From Octopus sinensis (Eukaryota): a stretch of DNA of 64,000 nt. Positions within the stretch are counted from its first letter, which is position 1. Each line of letters opens with the position of its first letter. The DNA lies in contig NC_043008.1 of the NCBI RefSeq assembly GCF_006345805.1, positions 29,016,001 through 29,080,000 of the forward strand, given 5' to 3'. A program made the position numbers and the translations under genes. Shown piece after piece: positions 13,693 through 28,289 of this stretch. The notes beneath the pieces were generated by a model. It worked only from the letters and a program-made list of their open reading frames with translations, was not told where the DNA came from and did no database searches.

Positions 13693-14420
13693 AGTTCTGT
13701 CTTATGTTTGTGATGTGATGTGAGAATATTCTTAATAGTGGACGGATTGGCATAAGAACCAACATTTGGCGCGATATTAAAGTAGACGACAACACCATTT
13801 GGACAGGGATTTTAGAATATATTCTACATGATAGAACTGATAGTGCTCACGGCATCGTTGGCGTAAATACATTTTTTGATTTACTCAAGACGATTCCAAA
13901 AATCAAAACTTATTTCTTTCTTTCGTTTTCCTTGTGATCGACTCTTCAGGTTTTATTCATGATTCTTTTTTGTAGGGAAACACAGCGGATAACAATATTC
14001 AAGCTGAGAATGAGTGAAGGTACAGGAGAGAAGGATAATGTCAGGTGCATCTCTAAACCAAAATGTCCCGAGGATCCATGAGCACTTCTTTATATTTGCA
14101 ACCGAGCTCCAGTTTTGACGACAGTCATTCCAAGGACCCTGTGGGGGTTGATGCTACGAGGTTCCGCTTGAGGGAAATATGTATGATAGCTTAAATGTAA
14201 ACTGTTTACCAAAGCTGATTAATTCAAATTTACTTTTAGTTGAATATTATCGTTTTCTGCCAATCGAGTGACATTAAGCAATTCCGAATGGTGATTAGTC
14301 CGATCTCTTGTCCTGTGGACGACCTCCAGAAAACTTAGAGTCTCCTGCAAAAAGTTTAATACTGCAATGTTTGATAACGCCAAAGAATTTGGGTTTCACT
14401 GATGACTCTTTGCTTACTTT
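13693..14420 (-). mobile_element. Degenerate CR1/L2-like LINE RT fragment, copy 2 (within the tandem duplication)
   Basis: Same motifs as copy 1. Confidence 0.6.
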
Positions 14421-14561
14421 ATCCAACACCATCTTTTATCACAACCTTGGATCTGTTCAGCAGATATTCAATCAAATTAAATAATACTACTCTACTTGTT
14501 TCAACAAGCTTTACCACTCTCACACTAACACTCACAAACACACACAACACACACACACACA

Positions 14562-14610
<49 letters not shown>

Positions 14611-14647
14611 ACACACACACACACACACACATACACACACATATATA

Positions 14648-14697
<50 letters not shown>

Positions 14698-14913
14698 TAT
14701 ATATATATAAGTAGGTGAATGAATTATCCTATGTTTATCGTCAGCATGGAAAATTCGTTTAACCGAAACCTGGGTAGCAAATTCACGTCAGAAAACACGG
14801 TTGAAGCGACCTGTCAAGGGTAGAAACTCCGGGTTCATGTGTAGAAATTTGTGTATTGTATATGAATAAATGGAAGAATGGAGTCGAACGAAGATGTTAG
14901 CAAAATTCCTTTA

Positions 14914-14995
14914 CTCTCGACACATGTTTCGAAGACAGCATGTTTTCATTCCAAAGGAATAAAGGGTGCATTATGCAATCTTCTCATCAGGAAAG
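14914..14995 (-). ncRNA. Minimal type I hammerhead ribozyme, intact core
   Basis: Minus strand reads CTTTC-CTGATGA-GAAGA..TCTTC-GAAA-C(ATGT)-GTC-GAGAG; stem III contains palindromic ACATGT. Confidence 0.72.
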
Positions 14996-15060
14996 AAAGG
15001 GAGCCTCTCTCGACAACATCGTAACTTTTGTTTTTCTTGTTGTCGAGAGAGGCTCCCTTT

Positions 15061-15142
15061 CTTTCGTGATGAGAAGATTGCATAATGCACCCTTTATTCC
15101 TTTGGAATGAAAACATGCTGTCTTCGAAACATGTGTCGAGAG
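15061..15142 (+). ncRNA. Hammerhead motif with mutated core (GTGATGA)
   Basis: Mirror of 14914-14995 with the first core C replaced by G at 15066. Confidence 0.6.
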
Positions 15143-15184
15143 TAAAGGAATTTTGTTAACATCTTCGTTCGACTCCATTCTTTC

Positions 15185-15224
<40 letters not shown>

Positions 15225-16774
15225 AGTCTCTCCGTGTGTGTGAGTCTATGTGTATATGTGCGTGTGTGTTTTTGTGAGTGTGTGTTTGTGCGTGAGTGTG
15301 TGTGTGTGTGTATACATCAGTGGTATAAGATATGGATTCAGAGAATGATGCGGGCATTATGACTTATTATCTTTTTATAATTTAACTATGGTGCTTTGGT
15401 GATCTATTGAGTTATCTTTCTTTCATACATTCAGTTTTGAATATACAATTGTCTTTTATGATGCTAATCACACCTATAAATTCAAACATGTAACAGACAT
15501 ATAATTTATAGTACACTGAAATTGATGCAAATTCACATTGGTAGCGGAACGGCAGCAAGCCTATGGATTCCACGTGATTAAAAAATCTATATTTATTCCT
15601 AATACCTCTAGACATTTCTAGGCAAACACACACGCGCGCGCATATTTCTGTGCATTTAACAGACTATAACAGATGTGCGTGTATAAGTGTGTGTGTACTT
15701 GAGTATATATGCGTTTCCAGTTTGTGAATTTACACATGTCGGTCTGTAAGCTTTTGTACGCACCGTGCCTTTTGTGCGAATAATATATTGAAAACACGTT
15801 TGTGATAAAGTTTTATAAAAATGTTTTCATGTTATCATTTATTCTTTTATGTGAAGATTGCAATTGCCAGCAGCTGCGAAGTTGTTGTGCTTCTAGATCA
15901 TTTATTCTGGGAGAAAAGTTTATTTAGTGGTGATTGTTTTCGTATTTTTGTCGGTAACAAACATTCAAATGCTATGTTATCGATTGTCATGGTGGCTCAA
16001 CTAGATTTTTGTCATTAACACTTGAACTGCTTTTACAGCATTTCTGTGAGAATCACTTCTTTGGATTTTGCGATTAATATACTTTCAATTACTTTTTTTA
16101 TAATTCTACCAAATTGCAATCGTTCTTTCAAGCTCTCGGGAATGATTATTTATCATTTTTTTATTCCTTAAATGAGACATAGTGCGAAAATCATTTAAAA
16201 TATACACGTGACCCTGAGACTATTATACAGTACGAATCAGCTTTATTGAATCATAAACAGCAACAGAGAAAGAGAAAGAGATTGTATGAGTGAGAAAGAG
16301 AAAGGGAGAGAAACCGAGAGACAGACAGACAGACAAAGAAATATAGTCATTCAATGAAAACTTGTGATATTTTATATTTTAATTTTAAGAATGAAACACA
16401 TTTACGAACTAAGCACGGTTTGAATTCGGGTCGCAGATATCCAAAGTGATTGTCGCAATATATTCCATCAAACTTACTGCTGATTAAAACAGTCTAAAGA
16501 AGCATTTTCCATGCAATGTTTTTTTTTTAAATAGTTAAAATGCTTCATCATATTTTGTTTAATGTTGTGTAGTGTAATGAGCTGCTTTATCTAATGAGTG
16601 CACGTGAATTAGAATCTTGTAAAACATCGCTTAGTTCCTGCATTCTCCGTGATAAACTGAGTATTCATATAAAGCATTGGTCAGCCATGTTGGGTGCCTC
16701 ACTTGTGGTTTGCTATTGAACAATAGCAATTTCTTCATGGCAGTTTTCGCGTCATATTCTGTTTTTTATTCATT

Positions 16775-17291
<517 letters not shown>

Positions 17292-19391
17292 TTATTTTAT
17301 TTCATTGGCCATAAAGGCAGTATACAGAGTAGCTACGGGCTGGACAAACACATTAATGAAAGGAAATGAGATAAAATGAATAAATGAGAGACGAAACCCA
17401 ACACCCGCCGATTGGATTTTTCTCGAAAAGATATTTTATTTGTTTTAAAATCAATATGAAGTTTCTAACCTCTTACAAAAAGGAGATACTAAAACGTGTT
17501 AATTAACGTTTTTTTTTTCTTAAATAAACATACAAGTGAGGTTATAAACCACTACAAATAATGCAATAAGATGAGGTTTCAAACCCTCAAACGAGGATTT
17601 TTCACCTCCTACTCATCGATATATCCATCATTATCTTCAATGCCGCTTGAGTTCCTGTGCCACACCATTTCCCAAGTTTCATTCATGTACGAGGCATATG
17701 TCGTGTTAGGGCCACCCGGACACTTTAAATCTTTCAAGCTTTTCCCACACGGAAAATCCATATGACCTCTACAGCTATATGTGGAGGCCATTCAGGATCC
17801 CGTGTGAAGGCCATATTTACTGTCTCTTTAAGTTCTGCTACTATATTTCCACTTCCCCGCCCTTGTAGGAAAACATAAGTAATTCTTCATCTTTAAAGAG
17901 GGGGGTCTTTTTTTCAACCGTGGGTGGCACATCTTCGGGTCATGCAGATGGTACATCAGCATCCACCTGCAATGACCCACTTTTCTTTCTTTTTTTTCTT
18001 TACTTCCTGACCTTGGGAGAGTGGAGCTCTTCCGCTTTGTCCGGAGTCTCTCCCTCACCTCCCGAAGCCTTATTGTCTTTCGGCGGGCAACCATTCTTGC
18101 CTGCTTCCTTTATTATGTTTTTGGGGTTCAGGAGGCTGAAGTCTCCTCAACCACATCCATGTCTCCCTTTGACCTGGTAGAGGAGGTGGCATCCAGTGAC
18201 TATCCGAGGACTTTACTATGGTCCTGGGAGCAGTTCTTTTTAATGTGGCCTAGCTGCAGGCACGAATGGCGCTTGCGGGGACGTCCCTCCTGTATCGCCT
18301 GCCAGCCATTAAAAAAATCTGGAAAAACCAGATCTGTTGCGGCCTATGAGGTCCACATGGTCAAAAACGATTTCGACCCTTCCCAATCGACCACCGGCGT
18401 GGCCCTCATTTTTAAGTACCTGGGCCCGCGATCCCCCAGTCCCTGTCTCATGGTTTCTTCAATCCAACCCGCCTCGGTGTCTGGGTGTTACCCACATGCC
18501 TAGGCTCTTATTAACTTCTTCCCGCAGTACAACGGGAGGAATAGAATTTGACCTCCAGGAGCTGGCTCACAAAATTGCGAGTTTCCTTCGGAGTGTCAAA
18601 CAGCAACCATACGTTTGCATGCTTGACACCGCGGGATATGTATTTCAAAGAGGACAAATATTATTTCAGTTCTTTTTCTATAGTCGTTTTTGGGAAGACT
18701 GTGATGGTATCAAGAACTTTAGAGTAAGTTCTAACCAATACCGACCTCTCCTCCTTATCTTTTAACCACTGCTTGGGTGGGATAATTTCCCACTCCAAGA
18801 TAGGGTTCTTCTTTATAACTCCCTTCTCTGCTATCCCCCACCAAAAAAAAAAAAATATATAGTTCACAAATTATAACCGAAGAAAAATAGAAGAAAAACA
18901 AAATAAAAGAGAAGGTAACAACTGAAATTAAAATAATGAGAAAAAGATGAACCGAAATTTAGAGAGAAAGAAAAAATTGAAGAAGGAAAAAATAAAAATA
19001 AAACCTCAAAAATAGAACAGAGAGGGAATCCTTGGCTCTGTATAATACTCCAATAGGTAAATCCAATAGTCAGGGTTCTTCTTGATAGTACGTCAGTTAG
19101 GTAAACTCCACAGGGTACAACTATTTCAAGCGAAATACGCCCACCAGAATGTACAAGTTAGTTGGCGAAAAAACGCCCCACAGAATTTTACTTCAAAGAA
19201 ATTTTCAAAAAATTCTCAGTCCACCGTTATAGAGACGAGAACACAATATTTTTGCTCGCAAGAGCTAGCTACAATTTAAAACCACCATGGCAGACGAAAT
19301 CGTCCAAGAGCTAGGCAGGAACCTACTTGATGACTTTTATTTTTAAATTTTTTTTCTATTCACGGAGCCAAAGCTCACGTCTTCTCTCCCC
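17292..19391 (-). mobile_element. Tx1-like derivative with 5' UTR, decayed ORF1 and 3' UTR but no ORF2
   Basis: Minus strand gives WEIIPPKQWLKDKEERSVLVRT (similar to ORF1 at 48703) and a degenerate zinc knuckle EGRPRKRHSCLQLGHIKKNC (about 18230-18300). The 3' end TGTATACTGCCTTTATGGCCAATGAAATAAAATAA resembles 3497-3531. Confidence 0.75.
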
Positions 19392-19433
19392 GCATGCGGT
19401 AAGCAAGTTAGGTACCACACAGCCTCTCCTGCG
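19392..19433 (-). mobile_element. SINE family A head belonging to the copy at 16775-17291
   Basis: Reverse complement reads CGCAGGAGAGGCTGTGTGGTACCTAACTTGCTTACCGCATGC. Confidence 0.75.
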
Positions 19434-21289
19434 ACTATATCTTTCTTTTTCATTTATGGTTAATATTAAACTCATTATTTTCTAACATACATATAGAATA
19501 CGTATTTTGCTGATACAGTTTCTATTATATAAGTTGATTTGGATTTTTTTTTAAATTGTTGTCTGTTTTCTAAGTCTGTTGAGATGCCGTCTATTGCTGA
19601 AATTTGTTTATATAATTCTGCTATTATTATATCCTTTTTCGGTGACAATCACATTGCATTTTACTATTAGCAGTTTAATCTATGCGAATACTTGCAACAT
19701 TTTTGCATATGAAGTCTTATGTTAGTGTGTTGATGTATGATTATAATATATATTGTTTGTTATTCGAGTGTATATATTTAAACATAATATAGTTTTGCTG
19801 TCTCAATTTGTAATTTACCGATACAAAATTTCGATCTCAGAAAGGACATTTTACATAATTCTTTTGGCTTGTATGCCTATCACGTTCTTCTAATCGCTAT
19901 AAATATATGACCGTCGAAAGTGGTTGAGATATGATTATTCTTTTGTTAGAATATTTTCCGAAATAACTTTATTTTCAAACAGAATCATAGGAGTTTAAAA
20001 GGTATATGTATGTATACACGTATCTCTCTATGTGTTTGTGTGTGTTGTATTAATTGTATGTAGTTATATATCTACTGTTTCAGTATATTATGAATAGAGA
20101 GAATTCAGTAAGCCATTTGTATTTTTATTGTAGTTAGTTGTTTATAGTTCTTGTTATCTTCATTGTATGAAAGCAGTTCCTGACGTGTAAGAATTCAAGA
20201 TGCAGTCCTAAACGCTCGAATAACACTATTTACTTTTAAATGAAATTTAACAAAATATACTGTTAGGGTAATTGAAAACAGAAATTGTTCGTTTTCCTAT
20301 GTCTGCTGTCACTTCAATTTCATATGACCGCCGAACACAAACTTTTCGCCTGTTATAGGGGAGTTTTTCGAGTGCAGCTTCTACGTAATTTATATTTCAT
20401 TTTATTCAAAATATGTTCTTTTAAGTTTTTAATACATGGAATGCCGTGGTAGGACTAAACGTGTTAAATAATATTGAAATATATACTCTTTGAGGGGTTT
20501 GCGTCCTGTTAAATGAAGATAAATTGTGCATGACACGAAATAGAGCACTTCGAAAATTTAACAAATAATGAAATGTGAAGACAAGGAAATATCAGATCTA
20601 TTAAAACTTCAGGGGGAAAACAGTGAGAAAGATAGTGTAGAGTAAGCGGTACTCACAGACGAAAGAGAGAAATGGGACAGAGGATTAGTGATAACAACAG
20701 AAAGGATAAAGTATAATAGAAAATCTATCGACTGTGAAATAATGGTTGAAAAGCAGAAAGAGAAAAAGACGCAGTATAAGTCAATAAAAAAGACTTACTA
20801 GATTTGCCGAAAATTTGAGGACGTCCAGGATGACAACACCGAGTTAGGTCTAACCAAATCAAGAGACATAACAAAGAAAAGCTGACAGAAAAAAGAAAGA
20901 CGTTAATAAGCATTATTTCACGATCAATAGAGGTCACATTATAAATGGGTGAGACAAGTGAATTAGAAAATATTTGAGCAACAAGAGAATGAATAACAGA
21001 AGGTAATAAAAAATAACAGATCATAGGCTATAGAAGAAAATTGCTTGATCGTGTATCTACGATTTCCAGCCAGAATGATTTATTTCCTTGTCAATTCCTG
21101 GAAGAGCAATGTTAGACGAGAATTGTAGGATCCCTTATGTCAGTAAACAATGTGGCCAACTATTTTGCTGCGAACTCGCAAATTTTATGTACACAAGCTA
21201 GAGCATATTGGTTCATCCATAAGCTTAGCCGTGATTATTCTTGCACTGCTGGGTTTCTGACTATATTCATTACATTCCTAGCTAATAGA

Positions 21290-21970
21290 CATAGGGTAAA
21301 AAATTATTAATTTAATAATTAATAAATGTTACCGAGTAGTTCGGCGTGGACATGTTTAACTAAGGGCTGGTTAGTTTCGTTATTTATTCTTCTTTTTGCC
21401 TATGTGCGTTACTCTATATCTATATCTATAATTCTTTACCCTATATCTATATCACACCCTCGCAGCAAATTACAGTTTTTTCTGCGGTAGTATCTTGTGA
21501 CGCACATAATGAATTGAGGGATGGATACGGAATTATTCGTCAATATAAATTCAAAAATGCTGTTTCCCTTACGTTATATTCCATGTCACTCGATCGAGCG
21601 TACATGAGTTTTGTTAGCATTTTCAGATTTATAATCTTGAATATCATGCTGAAGAAGGAAATTAATTTTTAAACAATTCTAATACCGAAACGCGTAGATG
21701 ATTAACTAAGGGCTGGTTAGTTTCGGTATTTTTTCTTCTTTTTGCCTATGTGAGTTACGAATATTACCGTCTGTGGAGATATATTATAGTAGAAGAATTA
21801 GTAGTTTTGACTGCTATTTCTAAATTTCCGTATGAGGTGAAGTAACTGTTGCTGATCCCTTAATTATGTTTATAATAATAAAAAAAAAATGTTTTGTATA
21901 CATTTTTACCGGTAATAGTTTTTTTCTATACCGAACTACTCGGTAAAATTTATTAATTAGTAATTTAATC
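21290..21970. repeat. Probable PLE pseudo-LTR remnant with direct and inverted repeats
   Basis: Direct repeat 21355-21411 / 21701-21757; inverted repeat about 21295-21347 / 21928-21965; hammerhead-like motif between them. Confidence 0.6.
21643..21702 (+). ncRNA. Degenerate minimal hammerhead-like motif
   Basis: ATCATG-CTGAAGA-AGG..CC-GAAA-CGCGTA-GATGAT. Stem III is palindromic (ACGCGT); stem I ATCAT/ATGAT closes with a G-G mismatch; stem II is weak. Confidence 0.45.
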
Positions 21971-21998
21971 AATCGTCAACCTATATCTATAATGAGAC

Positions 21999-22458
<460 letters not shown>

Positions 22459-23369
22459 TTGATGTATGCACGTGTATGTGCATACATGAATGCAAATATA
22501 TATATGTATATATGACAATATATCCAACTATTCATGACAGATTCTATAGAGCATTGTACTACTAACGGCAATATTTGATCGTAGTATATTATAAATATCA
22601 GAATTAAAATTAATACTTTCCTTTCTATTGTTAAATATACTTGAGTGTTTGCTTATGTCTATATATTATTTAATTATACCACATATTTCACTTGTTGGGT
22701 AATGTGAATTCTAGAGCATCGCCTTATTAAGCTCAGTCCAATATTGACGATATACCACTTAGTATATGCATCAAACTTTCACAAAAATGCACTTTTACGT
22801 TGACTATTGATATATATATATACTATTGTTGGAAATGGTGAGTGTCAAACCAAATTATGCAAATAAATATAGAGATGTGGGGATTAGTACTCAGGCATCA
22901 CGCACATAAAGACTTACATACATATATCAAGCGTGGTTAGCACGATAACCTTCAGACATTGTTTCCTTCTTTCACACAGTCTCGCCTTGTAGCGTTTCTG
23001 GAAAAATCATGTAAATTAAACATTTCGCTTGTAGCAAGCGTTATCTACCCGTGTTCCTTTCCTCCATTGACAAAACAATTTTCAGTTCTGAATTTCATCA
23101 CTAAAAATTGCTTGTGTCACCACTACAAATTTTCTTACTCTTTTTCTGAGACATACTCCTTTATTCATGCACATATATTTATCAATTATGAATTCCCTCT
23201 ATTAAATGATAAGTGTGACTAATAAAACATGATTGAAGATAATGTGCTTGATTGAAGATAATTCCCTCTATGTGTTTCTTCGACATATTAACATAAATCA
23301 TGGAGCAGTATTATTCACAGATACGCGACTAAATTTCATATAAGTACATACACACACACACACACATAT

Positions 23370-23720
23370 ATATATACAACTCAACTTGTGTGTCTGTGTG
23401 TTTAACTTCCCGGCACATCTCCTAGCCAACAAATTGTAGAACCACTAAAAATGGGTCACTTAAGGTTTGGACGAAGGAAAATTGAACTGCGCTATTTTTT
23501 TTGCGAAATTCATCTCGCAAGTGCAAAAATCGATAATGTGTTTGTTTAGGCCTTATCCCATGCATTGAATAGTGAACCTTACACAGTCAGCATTTGACGT
23601 GAACTGTGTTCACCTCGCGTGCAAGCATGCGTAAATTGCATGAAAAATAAAAAATCAAGATATAAAAACGAATCGCCGTAAACATTGTAGAAATTCGGCA
23701 AAGAAATGATTTTTCGGGAT
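23370..23720 (+). mobile_element. Helitron-like non-autonomous fragment; a related 5' end is repeated at about 23939-24005
   Basis: AACTCAACTTGTGTGT..TGTGTTTAACTT occurs twice; the 23939 copy begins A|TCTATATATATAAAA. Confidence 0.4.
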
Positions 23721-24056
23721 GTAGCCTGGAAGGTTTTTTCGTATTAATCGTTTGGACTTTGTGAACACATCCTAATTGTTTTCATAACATTTTAAACGCT
23801 TTGAATTAAATGTGACCATTTTGCGATGAGTCTGCAGTTTGAATCACTTTAATCAAATTTTAGCAGGCCGGATTTTTGATCATCACGATACATCGCCAGC
23901 GACTCCCTGAAACTCTCACCTGAAATCCCCGTTGAGAAATCTATATATATAAAACTCAACTTGTGTGTATGTGTGTGTATCTGTGTGTGTGTCTGTGTGT
24001 TTAACTTTTGGATCTACCAAGTTTCATTATTAAGGATGGAAGTAGTGTGTAGCAAA

Positions 24057-24437
24057 TCTCTATATATAAAGCTGAAGTTGTCTGTGTGTGGCAGGTTTGG
24101 TAGCCTTCAGCTAACACTATCTTCTTCGAGACCCTGCAGCGAAGTTGACCAAAATTGAGAGTATGATAGAAGAAGGCTTTCTCTTAATTCTGTAGAAGAT
24201 AAAATTCAAATTGGACCTTGTTAACACTCAAAATTATTTACATCAGAAAGGTGCTTTTATTTCTATGAAAATCCCTATTTTTTACGATTTTTGACAGCTG
24301 TGTCACCATTTTTCGGCGTATTTCAACAGGAAAAATATTGAAGAGAATAAGTTGCTTAATGCAAAATTTTTACTTTTCAAAAATTCCAATTCCAAAATGT
24401 CGAAACAAACCCAAGCAACTGCGGGTGATACTGCTAG
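24057..24437 (+). mobile_element. Non-autonomous Helitron-like element
   Basis: A|TC 5' end (TCTCTATATATAAAG), subterminal hairpin CCCAAGCAACTGCGGG (24410-24425), CTAG|T 3' end, no TSD. Confidence 0.65.
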
Positions 24438-24519
<82 letters not shown>

Positions 24520-24642
24520 ATATATACACACAATAGAGAGATACATAGATATGTACATACATACACAAACATATACATATACGTACATATATACATCTAC
24601 ACATATATACGTATATATATATATATATATATATATTATACG

Positions 24643-24721
<79 letters not shown>

Positions 24722-25689
24722 TATGTATATGTATACTGTCTCCAAAATATATACATACATTTTACCTTGAGTTCTCTTAATGATTTAACCCATTAAGAAT
24801 GTCAGCCCGATTAAATTATGCGTAAAGGAACTTTGATCTAAATGGAGTAGAAATTGGAGTAGAAATGAAAAGAAAATTATCACATATCCACCAACTGTAA
24901 TTCCCATTACTTGATGAGCTTAAAGCAGATTTTACAATGTTCTGAGGAAACACACCATAAAGGGATCCTGAAGCATTGTTATCAATAATAATTTCGAGGA
25001 TATCCGTTTGGCACTTCATTCGTGAGATGAGTATTTACCACGATTTAGAGAATTGTATTTTCAAAAGAACTACCTCTGGAAATTTTTAGAATTAACAGGA
25101 GAATATTTGAGACTACTGAGGCATTTCCCTTTTACCTGCATTTACTATGACAAACTCTCACAAGCATAAACATACACATGCACTCACAGACACACACACA
25201 CGCATACGCACACACACCTGCGCTTGTATATGTGTGTGAGTCTGTGTGCGTGTATGTGTGTGTGTATAAAGGCGCGCGGCCTTGTGGTTAGATATGTTGC
25301 CCTTAAGAACTCATGGTGGTAAGTTGTGTATTTTACAACAAAATAAAAACACTTTATGCACGTTTCAGACAGCTAACTCAACGACTACTAGCGTTCGATA
25401 TATGTATGTCTGTGTGTGTACATACACACACAGATAGATTGATAGATAGAGAGGTAGATAGGTAGATAGATAGATAGTTTAATCAAAGTGTACATATCAT
25501 ATATCCATCGCGGCCGATCGTATCATACAGTTTCGGAGAGAGTGTTAGGTAACAGTGTGATTATGTAATGCTACGGTCTTCAGAGATAGCTGTTATGGAA
25601 CGAAATACCAAATACTCTACTGACTTCTAGACTTAAGGACATTTAGACTGCTTACATATACCTACACACACTCACACTCACACACATAA

Positions 25690-25736
<47 letters not shown>

Positions 25737-25819
25737 CCTATATATACACATACATGCACACACATATATATGTGTGTGTGTGTAAGTATTTATATATGTA
25801 TATATGTACATATATGTAT

Positions 25820-25889
<70 letters not shown>

Positions 25890-25924
25890 GTACATATATG
25901 TATATATATGTATATATATATATA

Positions 25925-25977
<53 letters not shown>

Positions 25978-26544
25978 TGTGTGCGTGTGCGTGTGCGTGC
26001 GTGTGTGTGGTTATCATCACTGGATGTTGAAATCTTGAAAGTAAGATTTTTATGTATCATATAGATGCCATTTTAATCACGGAAACCAGATTTGTTATTC
26101 GTTTATTACAAAAAGAAAAAAAATGCTTACAAATATTCAAAGTTTGATCATTTTCAGAATTCTCTGTCAATCAGAAAACAGGGCGTCAACAACCTCATCG
26201 TTCATCTGTCACGGTAGCGAGAAAATGGGTGGAGGGTACCGTCATGGATTTATATATATACACATTATTATTGTATGTTGTGATTACAAGAGACTACTTT
26301 GGACATAAAAGTGTTTCAACCGGTATGTGTTTGAGATATAATTTAGTAAATTTCGACGGTTGTGGATTGCACTTACTTGTTTGTATCTTCCGTTAAAATG
26401 ATTTTGCTTTTTTTTTTAATTATAATTGATGTAAGATTGAATAATTAACGGTCACGAGACACAGACATTTGAATTAATTTTTATAATCCAGCCGATCTCT
26501 CCAGACGAGATTTCATATCTCTGAACAGATTAAGCCTGAATTAA

Positions 26545-26940
26545 GGCGCAGGAGTGGCTGTGTGGTAAGTAGTTTGCTTACAAGCCACATAGTTCCGGAT
26601 TCAGTCCCTCTGCGTGGCACCTTGGGAAAGTGTCTTCTACTATAGACTCAGGCCGACCAAAGCCTTGTGAGTGAATCTGTTACACGGAAACTGAAAGGAG
26701 CCCGTCGTATATACCTATATCTATGTATATGTTTGTGTGTCTCTCTTTGTCCCCCCGAACATCGCTTGACAGCTGGTGCTGGTGTGTTTATGTTCCCGTA
26801 ACTTAGCGGTTCTGCAAGAGAACCCGATAGAATAAGTGTTAGGCTTACAAAGAATATGGGTCAATTAGCTCGAATAAAGGCGTTGCTCCATCATCATGGC
26901 CACAGTCAAATGACTGAAGCAAATAAAAGAGAAAAGAAAT
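26545..26940 (+). mobile_element. SINE family A, full length
   Basis: GGCGCAGGAGTGGCTGTGTGGTAAG head with A/B-box-like motifs, central domain and tail. Confidence 0.9.
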
Positions 26941-27657
26941 AAAAGGTATATGAGAAAATAAGTCGAAAGAATTTGTTGGACAATGACGGTTTTTATAATT
27001 ATTTATATATTATATTATGTTATATATTATATTCATAGTATTTAATGTAATATTGTAATATAAATAAATTATTGAATGTCTGTAGAATATCTCTATATTT
27101 ATATTCATAAAAAAAGCGTGTGTGCATGTGTGTGTGTTTATTGTTACGAACGAAAGAACATTATATTCAGATAATTTCTCAATACTATGATGCGAATTAT
27201 AACACCACTTTCTGTTTTTTTACGTGGCTGTTTAAAGCTTTACAGTGTGGGCGAAGTATAAAGTCTGCTACTGCGTATGTAGCGTGTTAGTTCATGTTGG
27301 AAGACGATGTGCAACGGGCGAGATGAGGAAAGTTGACGTGAGCAGTTTTTTAAGCAATAGCCGTTGCTGTGTGGTCGGTATGTGAGAATGTGCGGGGCAA
27401 AATCCATGTGGAACAGAAGATACAATATTTTGTGATGAGTGTGCATTTGGTTTCGGGTGTTAATTTGAACGGTGAAATGTTTTTAAATGGCTGCGAAACT
27501 AGAGAACTTGGCAAGGTAAAAAATGCAGATATGGTACCGTGGATTCGGAAGTAGCAAGAGTCCAGTCAGAAAGAAAAATAAAAAAAGATAGAAAATAAAT
27601 CCTTATATTGTTGAATGAAGAAAGGGCTCAAGAAAAAAGTCATACACATTTCAGAGG

Positions 27658-27742
<85 letters not shown>

Positions 27743-27760
27743 ATATATATATATATATAT

Positions 27761-27922
27761 AGGCGCAGGATGGCTGTGTGGTAAGTAGCTTGCTAACCAA
27801 CCACATGGTTCCGGGTTCAGTCCCACTGCGTGGCATCTTGGACAAGTGTCTTCTGCTATAGCCCCGGGCTGACCAATGCCTTGTGAGTGGATTTGGTAGA
27901 CGGAAACTGAAAGAAGCCTGTC

Positions 27923-27998
<76 letters not shown>

Positions 27999-28215
27999 CT
28001 GTGTGTGTGTTTGTATGTCTTTGTTTGTCCCACTAGCATTGCTTGACAACCGATGCTGGTGTGTTTACGTCCCCGTCACTTAGTGGTTCGGCAAAAGTGA
28101 CCGATAGAATAAGTACTGGACTTACAAAGAATAAGTCCCGGGGTCGATTTGCTTGACTAAAGGCGGTGCTTCAGCATGGCCGCAGTCAAATTACTGAAAC
28201 AAGTAAAAGAGAAAG
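27761..28215 (+). mobile_element. SINE family A, full length, with expanded internal (TA)n
   Basis: Same structure as the 26545 copy, embedded in (TA)n. Confidence 0.9.
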
Positions 28216-28289
28216 AGAAAGATATATATATATATATATATATAATATATATATATATATATGTATGTATATATATATAACTTATTTGC

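Larger units (their letters stand above)
14866..15190. repeat. Near-perfect fold-back palindrome, about 153-bp arms and a 19-nt loop
   Basis: 14866-15018 is the reverse complement of 15038-15190 with only a few mismatches. Confidence 0.95.

Noticed and set aside
24785-25020. TTAA-CCC start suggestive of a piggyBac end, plus a short minus-strand ORF
   Set aside because: No matching second TIR or transposase motif found.
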